A stretch of 63,610 bases of DNA, the filler included, from Rhabdomonas costata (lineage: Eukaryota), in NCBI GenBank assembly GCA_019059605.1. It is 54 parts of 54 records of this genome, joined end to end, with 100 filler letters (N's around TTAATTAATTAA, not from the genome) between each part and the next. Parts side by side here need not be neighbours in the genome. Positions count along the whole stretch, not along the records: positions 23,609 to 24,688 come from JAHMHO010029676.1; positions 24,789 to 25,867 come from JAHMHO010029677.1; positions 25,968 to 27,047 come from JAHMHO010029678.1; positions 27,148 to 28,227 come from JAHMHO010029679.1; positions 28,328 to 29,407 come from JAHMHO010029680.1; positions 29,508 to 30,587 come from JAHMHO010029681.1; positions 30,688 to 31,767 come from JAHMHO010029682.1; positions 31,868 to 32,947 come from JAHMHO010029683.1; 46 more parts are not named here. One strand, written 5' to 3'. A program made the translations under genes and the position numbers. The first letter of the stretch is position 1, and each line of letters opens with the position of its first letter. Shown here in pieces: positions 23,509 through 35,130 of the stretch. The notes beneath the pieces were generated by a model that was not told where the DNA came from, searched no databases, and worked only from the letters and a program-made list of their open reading frames with translations.

Positions 23509-24822
23509 NNNNNNNNNNNNNNNNNNNNNNNNNNNNNNNNNNNNNNNNNNNNTTAATTAATTAANNNNNNNNNNNNNNNNNNNNNNNNNNNNNNNNNNNN
23601 NNNNNNNNTTTTTTTTGGGGGGGGGACTATTAGCTTTTTGCTTGAGTTCGAGAAAGGTGCATTATGGAAGCCTAATGCCCTTCTGTTGGCTCCTTCCTCC
23701 GTGCCACTTCGGATTTTTAATTGGTGTGTAAGCTGAACCTCTGCGACATACGACGAGTGCGGCTGCTCGGATGTGGATTTGTATCATGCATCATGCATCA
23801 ACCCTGCTTGCTTTTCTTCCTTTTTTTTTTCGCGCCCTCCCAGTGTTGTCCATCTTTGTGTGTGCGTTTGTGGACTTTTGTTTCCGCGGCTTTCTTTTTT
23901 GTGCCCGTGTGCTCGTCGGTGTGTGCTCTGCGTTTTTCCAGCCTGGAGTATCTTCCCTCCATCCCTCCCCTCCGCCTTTGGTATGCTCACCCCTCTGCAA
24001 GGAGGACGCCCGCGCGACCGGCGTCCCTTGGCCGGCGTGGGGCTGCATGCTGGTGAAGAGGTTCTGGGGTGGTTCAGTGGCCACCTCGAGGCGCACTCCA
24101 GTGCGGCCCGGGTCTCGAGGTTCAAGCGCATCCTCCGCCCTCTCTCACACCTGCTTTCTCTTTGATGCCTTAAGAAGCCTGCTAAACGTGAGCAATGCCT
24201 TGCAATATGAATTTTAAGCATGGCAATGTGTTTTGTTGGGCACCCTTAAGCTTTCATCCTGAGCGTCCACTGATCACCTCATCAATACGTCGTAAGGTGC
24301 TGAGTGCAGAAGACAGTTGAGTGTTGTTTCCTGCAGAGACTCAGAATCGCTCCGTCTTGTCTGGTTGACCTCACCACTTGAGTGCTGCCCGGATGTATGA
24401 TTTTGTAAGATTTTCTCTCTTGCCTTGTGTGCCTCGCGCGCCCCACTACCAAAAAAACAAGGTTCGTACACGGGTTCGCCGCGGCGCATAACCTGAGGCG
24501 AATCCCCGAGCGTGGCTCGGGTTTCGACCCGGTGGCCGTGGTGGCGGCCGTGGTGTCTGGGCTGGGTGTGCGTCAGAGGTTATGTTTCTCTTTCGCTGGA
24601 AGACACAGGTAGGTGTGCCAGGGCGGTTGTTTTGCATGAGCACTACTGTTCCGCCTACTGGGCTTCGGTTGCATTCACAAATCACTTCNNNNNNNNNNNN
24701 NNNNNNNNNNNNNNNNNNNNNNNNNNNNNNNNTTAATTAATTAANNNNNNNNNNNNNNNNNNNNNNNNNNNNNNNNNNNNNNNNNNNNCCCCCACACACA
24801 CTGCAGGGTGTTTTCTTTTCCT

Positions 24823-25672
24823 ATGAGTGTATCGAGGGTTGGCCTTTTCGTGGTACTCTGGGCTGCTGTGTGCGGTTGTGGAGGGAATGAGGGCCTGCAG
24901 CGGCCTGTGCAGCACGTGGTGCTGGTGGGGCTGGATGGGCTCTCCGTGTCTGCACTGCGGAGAGCACTGCGGTTGGGGATGGCCCCCACTCTCAGTGCTC
25001 TGCGGCAAAACGGCTCCTTCACTGACCAGTGCGTGTGGCCCCTCCCAACAAGAAGATCTGCGGGACTTCTCTTGGTCCAAAAGACTTTTTATACTTCATT
25101 GGACCTCAACCCAGAAGGTGATTCAGTTGGTGCAAGGGATGGTGATGATGTAGAACCACCAGGTGTTCTTCCTGGAGCCGAGAACGTTGGTGGGTTCGAG
25201 GTGCCCAAGGGTTAGTCAGACAATGGTTAGGCTTGAGAGGCTGCTGCACAATGACTACAAAGAGCTGGGGAAGGGAAGGCAGAAAAATGAAGGTTTAAAA
25301 AGCAACGGAACTCGTATGGCGGTGATCCGATGGCTTTGCAAACAACGATATGGGCAGAAGCAAAACGGAAAGGTACCAATGTGCACATGGCAAGCTGCGC
25401 TCGTGCTGAGTGCTGCGTTCATGTCTTTGTTGTGGGAGCGATTGTTTATCATCGGAAGACAGGGGTCTCTTTGATTCTGTTTTTTTTCCAGTGCTCGCTC
25501 GGTGTACCCCACCCTCTCGCTCCCCAACTGGGCTGCCGTGCTGCAGTCCACCAGTCCGGAGTTCAGCGGGATCACGAACAACCACTGGGACCCCGCCACG
25601 GCCGCCGTGGCCCCGCTGGACGGCCGTTTTGCGTTGATTCCCGACCTCTTCACGGCGGCCAGGGCACAACAG
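24823..25672 (+). CDS. Secreted alkaline-phosphatase-superfamily / type I phosphodiesterase (NPP-like); exons 24823-25028 and 25492-25672
   Basis: Signal peptide, HVVLVGLDG metal site, ARSVYPTLSLPNW nucleophile loop and SGITNN; phase-2 GT-AG intron. Confidence 0.9.
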
Positions 25673-26292
25673 GCATTCTCACCATCTCGCGAAAGTCCTG
25701 CACGCGCTGCTCTCACGCTCCCAATAAATTTCAGAGCCTTCCCAGATCACGCGAACAATCGCCCCGATCGCTAGGGAGTGCTTAGCAAACCCATCGCCTT
25801 CCTCTTCAGATTCTTCCTCTTGTCCTTTAGCATCTCATCATCGCTGCTCATTCACACACCCACCCCCNNNNNNNNNNNNNNNNNNNNNNNNNNNNNNNNN
25901 NNNNNNNNNNNTTAATTAATTAANNNNNNNNNNNNNNNNNNNNNNNNNNNNNNNNNNNNNNNNNNNNTGTGTGGTGGGAATGGGCGAGGCGAGGCCAGAT
26001 GCCGCTGCTATTTCGTTGCTGATGCTGTTGAGGTGTACGTTCACAAGTCGGAAAGTTGGAAGCGCGGGTGTGTGTACAACATGCATTTGTCAATAATTGT
26101 ATGTTTCCATTTTCCCCTTCAGCTTGCCCCTCTTCCCTGTTCCTATCCCTGTTTCTATTGGCCGCACCGTTGCAGACATTCGTTAATCTCTGCGCCCTAA
26201 TCAGGACCCTTACTACACCCTTGTTTGTTACTCGCTGGTGATTTCCTCCACCAGGCCATCTCGTGTTCTGTGGAACTTCCCGTTTTTTTACG

Positions 26293-26593
26293 ATGACTGA
26301 TCCTCACGCCTCCAGCAGCAGCAGCAGTGATCTCAGGGGGCCCGCAGGTGGTGGTGAGGACTCTCCTGGGGCCGTGGATGTTCACCAGCTGTTCGTGTAC
26401 TACGATGGACTGTACTTCGGGGGCCAGCTGGTGGCCCATGGGGTGTGCGTGCGGTGGAGCAGCGCTCGAATGACGCTGTGCGCAGGACTGTGCCAGTACC
26501 GCGGCGCGGCAGGGGGCTGTGAGATCACTCTGAGCGAGCCCCTGCTAAGGTACCGTAGCGTGGGGGAGCTGAAGGAGACTCTCCCTGCACGAG
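26293..26593 (+). CDS. SPRTN: SprT/Spartan-like metalloprotease exon 1, with a +1 frameshift before HExxH
   Basis: DVHQLF-x-x-YD-x-LYF-x-G-x-L, V-x-WS-x-x-RMTLCAGLC, I-x-LSEPLL-x-x-R and LKETL(+C)LHE|GTATGC. Confidence 0.88.
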
Positions 26594-27579
26594 GTATGCG
26601 GATGCGCAGCTTGATGTGACTTTCCGGGCTTCCGGTGTTTTGTGTATGCCTTGGTGAATTGAATGAGTGGACCCAAGGGGGAAAGGGTTGTTTTCAAGTT
26701 GCACGTCAGGTGCATATTTTTCGTCGAAACACCGCAGGCTTCGTATCTGCCGGGCGTTGGCCGCTGAAAACTCCACCGGGTAACGAATCTTCATTGCCAC
26801 TGCTGAGCTCGGGTCACATACCCAGCTAAAGCCGAGCTTCGGCAAGAATCGAGGAAATCCACCACTTCGGTGGTGAGCCAGAATCACAACAGAATCGCAG
26901 CTTGTAAGCACCCCCTTTAACCTTTGTTTTTAATATTTCCAGACGTTTTCGTTGAGTGGGAGTCAGAGTAATAATTTACGGTATTCATAGGAAGCTGTCA
27001 TGGATGGTGAGCAGATTGCATATATTCTTGTCTTCTCACACCAAAAANNNNNNNNNNNNNNNNNNNNNNNNNNNNNNNNNNNNNNNNNNNNTTAATTAAT
27101 TAANNNNNNNNNNNNNNNNNNNNNNNNNNNNNNNNNNNNNNNNNNNNCGGCACCACAATTTTCGATATTTGGTCGTGCCACGCCGTACTGCGAGCAAAAT
27201 AAGAGAAGATTGAGACCGTGAAACCATTCCGCCTCTGACGTCCGAATCATTCATCGCAATCTTCTCCAGCTGCCTCGCCCCTGCTCCACTGTGTGCGTAC
27301 TGCATCGATGCAGTCGATGCAGTAGGTCTCTGGTGGTTCTTCTTCTGCCTTCTCTCTTGCCTGCTCTTGTGAGATGCGTGCACGCCCGTAGGGTGTGCTG
27401 GCCAGTTTGGCGCAGCACCGCATATGGGACATCCTTAGATCTTTTGCACCCTCTGCCCCAGAAACCACACCTCAGCGTGTGTTTGTGTGAGACTGTGCCT
27501 GTGCATACATCCTATCTATGGCCCCCCAGTGTACGGGTGCGTGGTGAGACCTGCCGAAACAGACGCACACGGCGCATAC

Positions 27580-27681
27580 CGTATCGTAGCAGGAGCTCCG
27601 CCAGCTTCAGCCTGCCATTTTCGCACACGACGTACAGCGGAAAGCCCCCAGTGTCGGCCCGGGCTTGGTTCACGTTGGCGC
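27580..27681 (-). CDS. Ankyrin-repeat exon (102 nt, one repeat); probable terminal exon at about 27247-27452
   Basis: GANVNQARADTGGFPLYVVCENGRLKLAELLLRYG bounded by CAG and GTATGC. Confidence 0.85.
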
Positions 27682-29721
27682 CTGTGGCAGACCCAAGGGA
27701 GAGGAAGAGGGAGAGAAAGAGAGCCTGTGTTGGCGGACGCCCTTTTGGGCGACGCTGTGTGAAGAGTTGGGCTAAAAAAGGCGTTCGATTGCTTATTGCA
27801 ATCAAAAAGAAGAGTGCTGCGACCGCCACCAACAGAAATCTCGCACAGTGGCACTTGCCACACAAGGGGATCACGGAATGCTTCGCAATGTGATCGTACC
27901 CGGCACGTATTGGTCGAAGGTAAATCTTCTACAGAACCTTTCAGATCCAGCATGTCTGGTTGGGTCAGAGCAAATGCGTCTTAGACTGCCGAATTCCGAA
28001 GTTAAGGTTCGTGCGAGAACAGGCAGAATAGAAGGAAAGAAAGAAGAGGCGAGTTAAAAATACACGGAGAAGGATGCGGGAGATAGCAGCAGTGATAGTA
28101 GCCTCGTAGCTCACCCCACACAGCGGGTGGTAGCGACCACAACAAATCAATTTAGGTCGCCATAACATTCCGAAATAGTGTTTGGTTGACAATAAGCAAA
28201 GGCTGTCAAACTGCATGAATGAATTTTNNNNNNNNNNNNNNNNNNNNNNNNNNNNNNNNNNNNNNNNNNNNTTAATTAATTAANNNNNNNNNNNNNNNNN
28301 NNNNNNNNNNNNNNNNNNNNNNNNNNNGTGGGGTTTGAGGCAGCTGTGTAATCACCTGTAGTGCCCGTGAGTGATGTAAAGCGTTGCAAGGGTGTCGTAT
28401 TTCGTCAGCTGATTTCAAGGACACACCATACCCGTCCCCGTCGGTTTGACGCAAAACAGAGTCCAAAGAGGGACGCCCAACCGTATTCATACGCCCCGCC
28501 AGCTAATCCCCGCCCCACTAAATAGTGGTACCAAGATGCGGCGTAGCCTCAAACGAAGGCATACACACTTCGTGTAGAAAAGCTGTGGCTGACCATGTGT
28601 GAAACGATATTAAAGGCATGCCCGCAGAAGCAGGATAAGAGAGCATTCAATAAACACCGGGGGGGGGAACCCATCAAACCAGAGTTTGAGTCCCACACGC
28701 GCACCTCGGTAGAACGCACTGACGCAGTTCACCCAACTGCTCTGCCGTGGATGCTGGTTCTCCTTGCCGCCCTCGTTGTTTGCAAAAGAGTACAGCCACT
28801 CCCCTGCAGGGCCCACCACACCCGTTGCGCATCGTAGCAAGACACTATCTTTTCGCTCTTCGCCAAACCCTTCCCGCTGCAATATATATACTCACAATTC
28901 ACTCCGCAGCATCCACACAGCCTCACCGCTGCATCAGAAAAGACGACCGGAGGATATTCTAGCCCCACCCTAGGTGTTAGCCAACCTGAAAAAAAGGAGG
29001 GCACGGTGTCTGTTTTTGGGCTATTGCTGGTGTTAGCTCGACTCCGAAGAAAGAGCAGCACGATGACTACACCCACTTTTGTACACTCACGAAGGAAATT
29101 ATACTCACCACCCCTTCCGTCTCCCCTAAACTCGCACCATCACGCCCCACCTCTTCTCTGTCCCTCTGTGGCTCGTTGGCTGATGCCACTTCCTCTTATA
29201 GCACGGGGAAAACCCTCGTGGCTAATGGTACACGGGGATGCAACCCCTCTCTCCGCGCTCGTACACGCCGGAAACCTGCCGTTCCCTGTTCCGGCCGAGC
29301 ACACCCACGCATACCGTCGAAGTCCGTCCTTGCGGCAGAGGCCGAGGGCACCAGCTCGAAAACCCGCCCGAACTGCAGTGCAGCCTCCGCGTTGTACACC
29401 ACAACACNNNNNNNNNNNNNNNNNNNNNNNNNNNNNNNNNNNNNNNNNNNNTTAATTAATTAANNNNNNNNNNNNNNNNNNNNNNNNNNNNNNNNNNNNN
29501 NNNNNNNGGGTGTGGGGAAACTGGGGAGCAAAACTGCCCTAAAACTGCCTTTCAGAGCCCAATTTTTGCCTTTTTTTGGGTGTAAATTGGTGTTAACAAC
29601 GCTCTGGCGGTGCTTTTTCTGACTCTACGACCCCGAAAACTGGGGGGTAGGTCCCCTTGTCCGGCCTAGCTGCCCGTGTCACGCGATTTGATTCTGGCCC
29701 CCGCGCGCGGTTCTCTTTCAG

Positions 29722-30583
29722 GGTAGTGAGTATGCGGTGTGTGCGGTCTGGCTTGTGGCTGGGATATACCTGCTGATACTGCCGCCCCACTGCGGGGTTG
29801 TGGCCTGGGCGCACGCTCGGCTGGTGTGGGTGCTGGAGGTTTGTGGGGGGACCACGGCGAGGGAGACCTCTTCGCCGGCGTCGAGGAACCGCGGGAAGCC
29901 CGACGTCACCGGAGGTTTAATGCCGTTTTCTTTGGAGGTCATGGCAACACCACATGGCTTCCTGAATACCTGCTAAGAGTCTTTGATTAGTTTGCTCGAC
30001 TATTGAAAGTTCAGCTTGCTCAGGTTGACTCACTTGAAGTGGAAGGTGAGCGTAGCAAGTGGACATTTTCTGGGTTGCCATCCCTGAGCCGGCAATCGAG
30101 TATACTTGGAATCTTCAAAGCCCGTATCCCCGTGCGGGCTGCTCAGGACAACTACACGAAAGGAAGGTTGTTGGAGTCTACAGAACGGGTGTCCTCAGCG
30201 ATTCACGGGTGCTACTTTTCCGATTTACTTCATTTTCTTTATTTTCTTCATTTTCTTCACCTTTCAATATTCACCTCCCCTTGTGGTTGCGCCCCTTTTG
30301 ATATGGGGCGGGACTTCGGATAAACTGCATCCGCCAGGACGTTCACCACAATATACCCACAAAAGTCGCCTTCCTTTTCGTGATCACGGCTGCAGGGCCT
30401 CCCGACCACGTGCGGTACAACATGATCCTTTCCTTCTTCTTCTGCATTGTCACGGAGATCGTGCTGACATTCTACGTGGGGTTGGTCGACTGGGAGAGCA
30501 TCGTGGGCCACAGCTGCAAGGTGATGTCCTTCTACCTCATCTACAAGGCCCTGGTGCGGGCAACGCTGTCCGAGCCCTACACC
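29722..30583 (+). CDS. MASE3-like membrane sensor domain; exons from 29722 and from 30396
   Basis: GSEYAVCAVWLVAGIYLL and ILSFFFCIVTEIVLTFYVGLVDWESIVGHSCKVMSFYLIYKALVRATLSEPY match the MASE3 SEY, SE-x-x-FT-x-Y, GH-x-x-K and Y-x-A ... L-x-x-PY motifs. Confidence 0.75.
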
Positions 30584-30688
30584 CCCANNNNNNNNNNNNN
30601 NNNNNNNNNNNNNNNNNNNNNNNNNNNNNNNTTAATTAATTAANNNNNNNNNNNNNNNNNNNNNNNNNNNNNNNNNNNNNNNNNNNNT

Positions 30689-31263
30689 TTGGTGAGTGAG
30701 TGAGATGGAGGGGTTAGAGTTGAAGGTTTCGCTTCGGTCTTCACTCTTCGGTCTTTGCATTCGGGGTTCGGGGTTCTGCATTTAGGGAGTATGCGAGACA
30801 AGTAGTGACGAGTATACGACCAGCACAAACTTGGGGGCCCCACGAATGCACATGAGTGGGGTATATGCAGGTATGATGCATTTAAGATACCCCTACATGC
30901 ATCTCTCATATCGGCATTCTTTCACCCGCAGGTCATGCGTAGTAAGTGCATGTATCACATACCCCTATCTCATCTCTTCAGCATCTTTTTCATCCAAATA
31001 TTTGCTCGGAACCCTGAATTCTGAGGGTATGCATCCCACATCGGGGTATCATGACCACCCCTCATCCCCATCATGCATTTTGCTCAAGGCTGGTGGGGTT
31101 GTTCTTTGGCACGGGAGGATACATCTTTTGGATCACTCATTTCTTAGGAAGCGTTTCTGGCGGTTGGGTTTTGGCATCCAGGGTTGGGGTTCCGTGAGTC
31201 GATTGTGTGATTGGTGAGTGAGTGAGATGGAGGGGTTAGAGTTGAAGGTTTCGCTTCGGTCTT
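30689..31263 (+). repeat. 53-bp direct repeat pair (30689-30741 and 31211-31263)
   Basis: TTGGTGAGTGAGTGAGATGGAGGGGTTAGAGTTGAAGGTTTCGCTTCGGTCTT occurs twice. Confidence 0.9.
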
Positions 31264-33602
31264 TGGTTTGGGTTTTGGTTTCTGCCTTCGCCTTCGCTCT
31301 CCGCATCGGTTTCTATGACGTCCCTCGGGATGTCCAAGCTTTCTTCAAGCAGATGGAACAACGTACGCCGTGAGCAATGACAGATGATGATGAAAACGAC
31401 CTCGACATGAACGGAATAGGCAGGCTGGAATCCAGACGCCCCCACATGAGGATCGACAGGAAGGCCAGGATGACCAGGCCACCGGATCCGCTTCGACGGC
31501 AACGCTTGATGAACGCACTGTCTCAACATACACTACGAACAGCGATAAGCAGTGAGATGCGACTAAGTGGGACGGGCCCATGGTGTCAGTTCATCTGTTT
31601 CGTGTGAGTTATGCGTTTAAGTGGGACGAGCCCATGGTAACAGTAACGCACGATAGCGCCAGTGGTTCGATGGCTATAAACTACCACTGGTTGACACACA
31701 CATGCGGAGTACCACGATGGGTATATGCCACGTTGGGAAACCGGTGATGTCAGGAGTCGCCTAGTCCNNNNNNNNNNNNNNNNNNNNNNNNNNNNNNNNN
31801 NNNNNNNNNNNTTAATTAATTAANNNNNNNNNNNNNNNNNNNNNNNNNNNNNNNNNNNNNNNNNNNNAAGTTCAGGTGTGACGTCACCCCTCTTCGTGCT
31901 GACTCCCTTTTGCGTCCGTTTCCTATAATCTGGCATTCGTCCGGATGAGCAGTTTTCTCATTTCCCCACGATTCCCATGAGTCGCTCGCTGTCCATCCTG
32001 TCTCTTTCACCTGGTTTCCTGCTTAATTCATGTGAGTGAGTGTGTGAGTGAGTGAGTGAGTGATTAGGCTCTCCTCTGACTCTGTCACCTTTTTCTTGAT
32101 AACTTGCTCTTCTTCTTTTTTTCTTCTAACTTCCGCTCCTTTTTTTGTTCAGCGTTCGTGCTTTGGCCGCCAGGCGAATTACCTGCTTCCAACACATTTC
32201 GGTTGTTGCTTTAGTGGAGAACACGCCTCCGTGGAAGCTGCCAGTGAACGCGAAGCAGGCCAAGTTGGCCAAGCCGCAGCTCTTCCCTTTGCACGACCGA
32301 GCTTTCAGCCGGAGGTTGTGAGCGGGAGAGAACAAACATCTCAAAAAGCCCAACTTACGCGAAGGTCGCGCTTTCACGAATCCTTGCGCCCAAGCTGTGT
32401 TGAGTTTTTTTTAAAGTTAGGAGTCGGCTTCTGGTGGGGTCAGGGTGCTGTTGCGCACAAACATGTTCAAACTTATCTACTGTTCCAGCCACCCAAACCA
32501 AAAGCCGTTGCCTCCCCCCTTTCCGTACCTTCTGCGCTTTGCCGCCCTGCTTCATTCTTCATTACTGCCTGCAGCCTATGCTCTCTGTAATGTGCCAAAC
32601 CCGTCTTGCTTCTTTCGTGTCTCAGCTATGAAGGTTTGCGGGAGCTTCTTTCTGAGCAAAACATCAACCAGCAAGATGATGCGGGTTTGTATCGTGTTCC
32701 TTTGTGCGAGTTTTAAGTATTCATGTGACAGGTTTGGGTTTTGCTTCGCCGAGCGAGAGTATTTTTACAGCGAGGGTATGCCTTCCCTCAGAAACCAAGG
32801 CTCCTAAGTTGTCCTAAGGTCTAATAAAGGCGCTGTGCTCGAACTTCGATGTCTACAAACCGTTTTTGTTGCGCCTGAAACATCTAAAGTCAACAGCGAA
32901 GACATGCCTCAGAACCCGACGTAATGGAAACCATTCACCACACAACCNNNNNNNNNNNNNNNNNNNNNNNNNNNNNNNNNNNNNNNNNNNNTTAATTAAT
33001 TAANNNNNNNNNNNNNNNNNNNNNNNNNNNNNNNNNNNNNNNNNNNNTACAAATACTGGGAGCAATTGATGGTTTGTGTGTCAGGGTGCATAGTGTGTTT
33101 GATGCGCATGAACGTTACAACTGCAGCCATAGAATTACCTTTCCGGACAGCAGAAAACGACACACTGCGGTCTGAGGCTGGCGAGAAGAAGGATGACGGA
33201 GGATGACGTGCAATGATCCCGGGGCATTCTCGCAATTTCCTTTGGCTTCTTCTAAGAATCGATCTCGAAGCCCCGCTTGGAGCCTTTAGGGCTTGCCGCT
33301 GTGGCAGCCTTAGACAGCTGACACAGTGGCAAAGTTGACACACAGTTGGGTGTTCATTCTTCCAAGATATGTGCATGTGCATGTGCATGCCAGCCCAACT
33401 TAGCTATGCAATGGGAAGGGTGGGGAAACGAAGAAAGGAAGAGCATTCTGAAAGGGCCCCTGCCTCACGGAAGATCGGACACGCCGCGGAGGGATTTCCC
33501 TGGCATCTTCCTCCTTGAGCCAGCCTGCACACACAGCCATGTGAGAGTGCGGCAGTGGGCGTGTGAGGTGGGGTGAGGTGGGTGCGGATGTGAGGGGAAT
33601 AC

Positions 33603-33787
33603 AGATTGCGATCAGGAGCTTCTCCTCGAGGATCTCCGCGGTTGGGTACTGCGGCAGCTTGAGGTAGTGGAAGCACGTGTTGCAGGTCGGGAGATAGCAC
33701 TCCGGGGCGGTGTCGTGGGCGGGGTCCCCGCCCCCCACGTCCCGCCGCACCACAGTAAGCTTCGGGGACAGCCCCGACAGAGGCATC
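33603..33787 (-). CDS. HECT E3 ubiquitin ligase C-lobe exon (TRIP12/UFD4/UPL3-like)
   Basis: GLSPKLTVVRR ... YLPTCNTCFHYLKLPQYPTAEILEEKLLIAI contains the catalytic Cys. Confidence 0.92.
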
Positions 33788-35092
33788 CTGTGTGTGTGTG
33801 TGTATGTGTGGAGGATGAGATCAGTGAGAGATAGAGAGCGGGCACCCAGATGATATCGAGAAAGCCAAGCACAAACACAACACTAAACACTCCCCGAACC
33901 AACAACATCGCCAACACCAGATCCAAGAACCCATGACGCAACCCCAGCAGCCAGCACCAACACACAGACCGTAACACCAGACGTACCGACAACAACACAA
34001 CCACCAACCAGCCCACCAACACCACAACAAGCAGCTAAGACAACAACAGTCATGACAACACTACGCGGACAGCCCTAACACTGACACTGACACCAACAGC
34101 ACAAACGCAGACACTGCCAACCACGGCNNNNNNNNNNNNNNNNNNNNNNNNNNNNNNNNNNNNNNNNNNNNTTAATTAATTAANNNNNNNNNNNNNNNNN
34201 NNNNNNNNNNNNNNNNNNNNNNNNNNNGAAAGCCTGGGTCCTGCCTCAGTGTGCGATACTCACGGATGCCATTGCCTGCACTCCTTCTGATGATCTTTGT
34301 TCAGTTTCCGCAGAATGCACGCCTGTGAGAGTAATATGTATGTAGTGCGAGCGAGTGCGAAGGCGCCAAGGCGCTTTGCGTGTGCCCAGATACCGACACG
34401 CACTGGTTGAGGCTTGCCACGCACGGGGTGTAGCCCGCCCGTGGACTAGCCCCCCGCAGAGACATTCCATGGCCAGGTGGGCTCGGGGTGGCCGCGGTGT
34501 ACAGGGATCGCCCGACGTCCACAAATAAGGGGCTGGGCGTCACCGGGGCAGGCGAGCACGACAGCCGCGAGCCCCAGATGGAGCCCCCCTCTGGAGAGCC
34601 GACCCGTAGGGTGGGCTCGTTGTAGCTGTACCGAGCCTGTCCCACACACAAGCACCACTCTGCCGCTAACGCACTTTCTGCCCAATCGCAGCGGAAAAGG
34701 ACTGGAGTTTTTTAGGGGGCCCTTGCTTTACACAAATTCTAAATCACGCTTCAGCTGCTGCTCCTGCGGAAGTCAGACAGCCACTGCCCCCGGTCATTTC
34801 ACCCGGGCCGGTCTGCAAATCGGGAGAACTAATTTACACCGATAAAAATCAGAGAAGGGCGGCCCGCAAAAAGCGGTCACTTGTCTCTTCGGCCGCACCA
34901 TGGGGGTTCACTAATTCAAGATCAGTGGTGCTTCAAAGCACGAAGCTCACTAAGAAGGGAAGACCTGCTCACCCACGTTGCGGGGTAGCCGCTCTTTTCA
35001 CCCTTGCAAAAAACAACCCTTACAAACGGGGTCAACAATTTTGTCGAAAAAAATTAGCCGTCTGCTATCGCAAGCCATTAAGATCACTGTTG

Positions 35093-35130
<38 letters not shown>

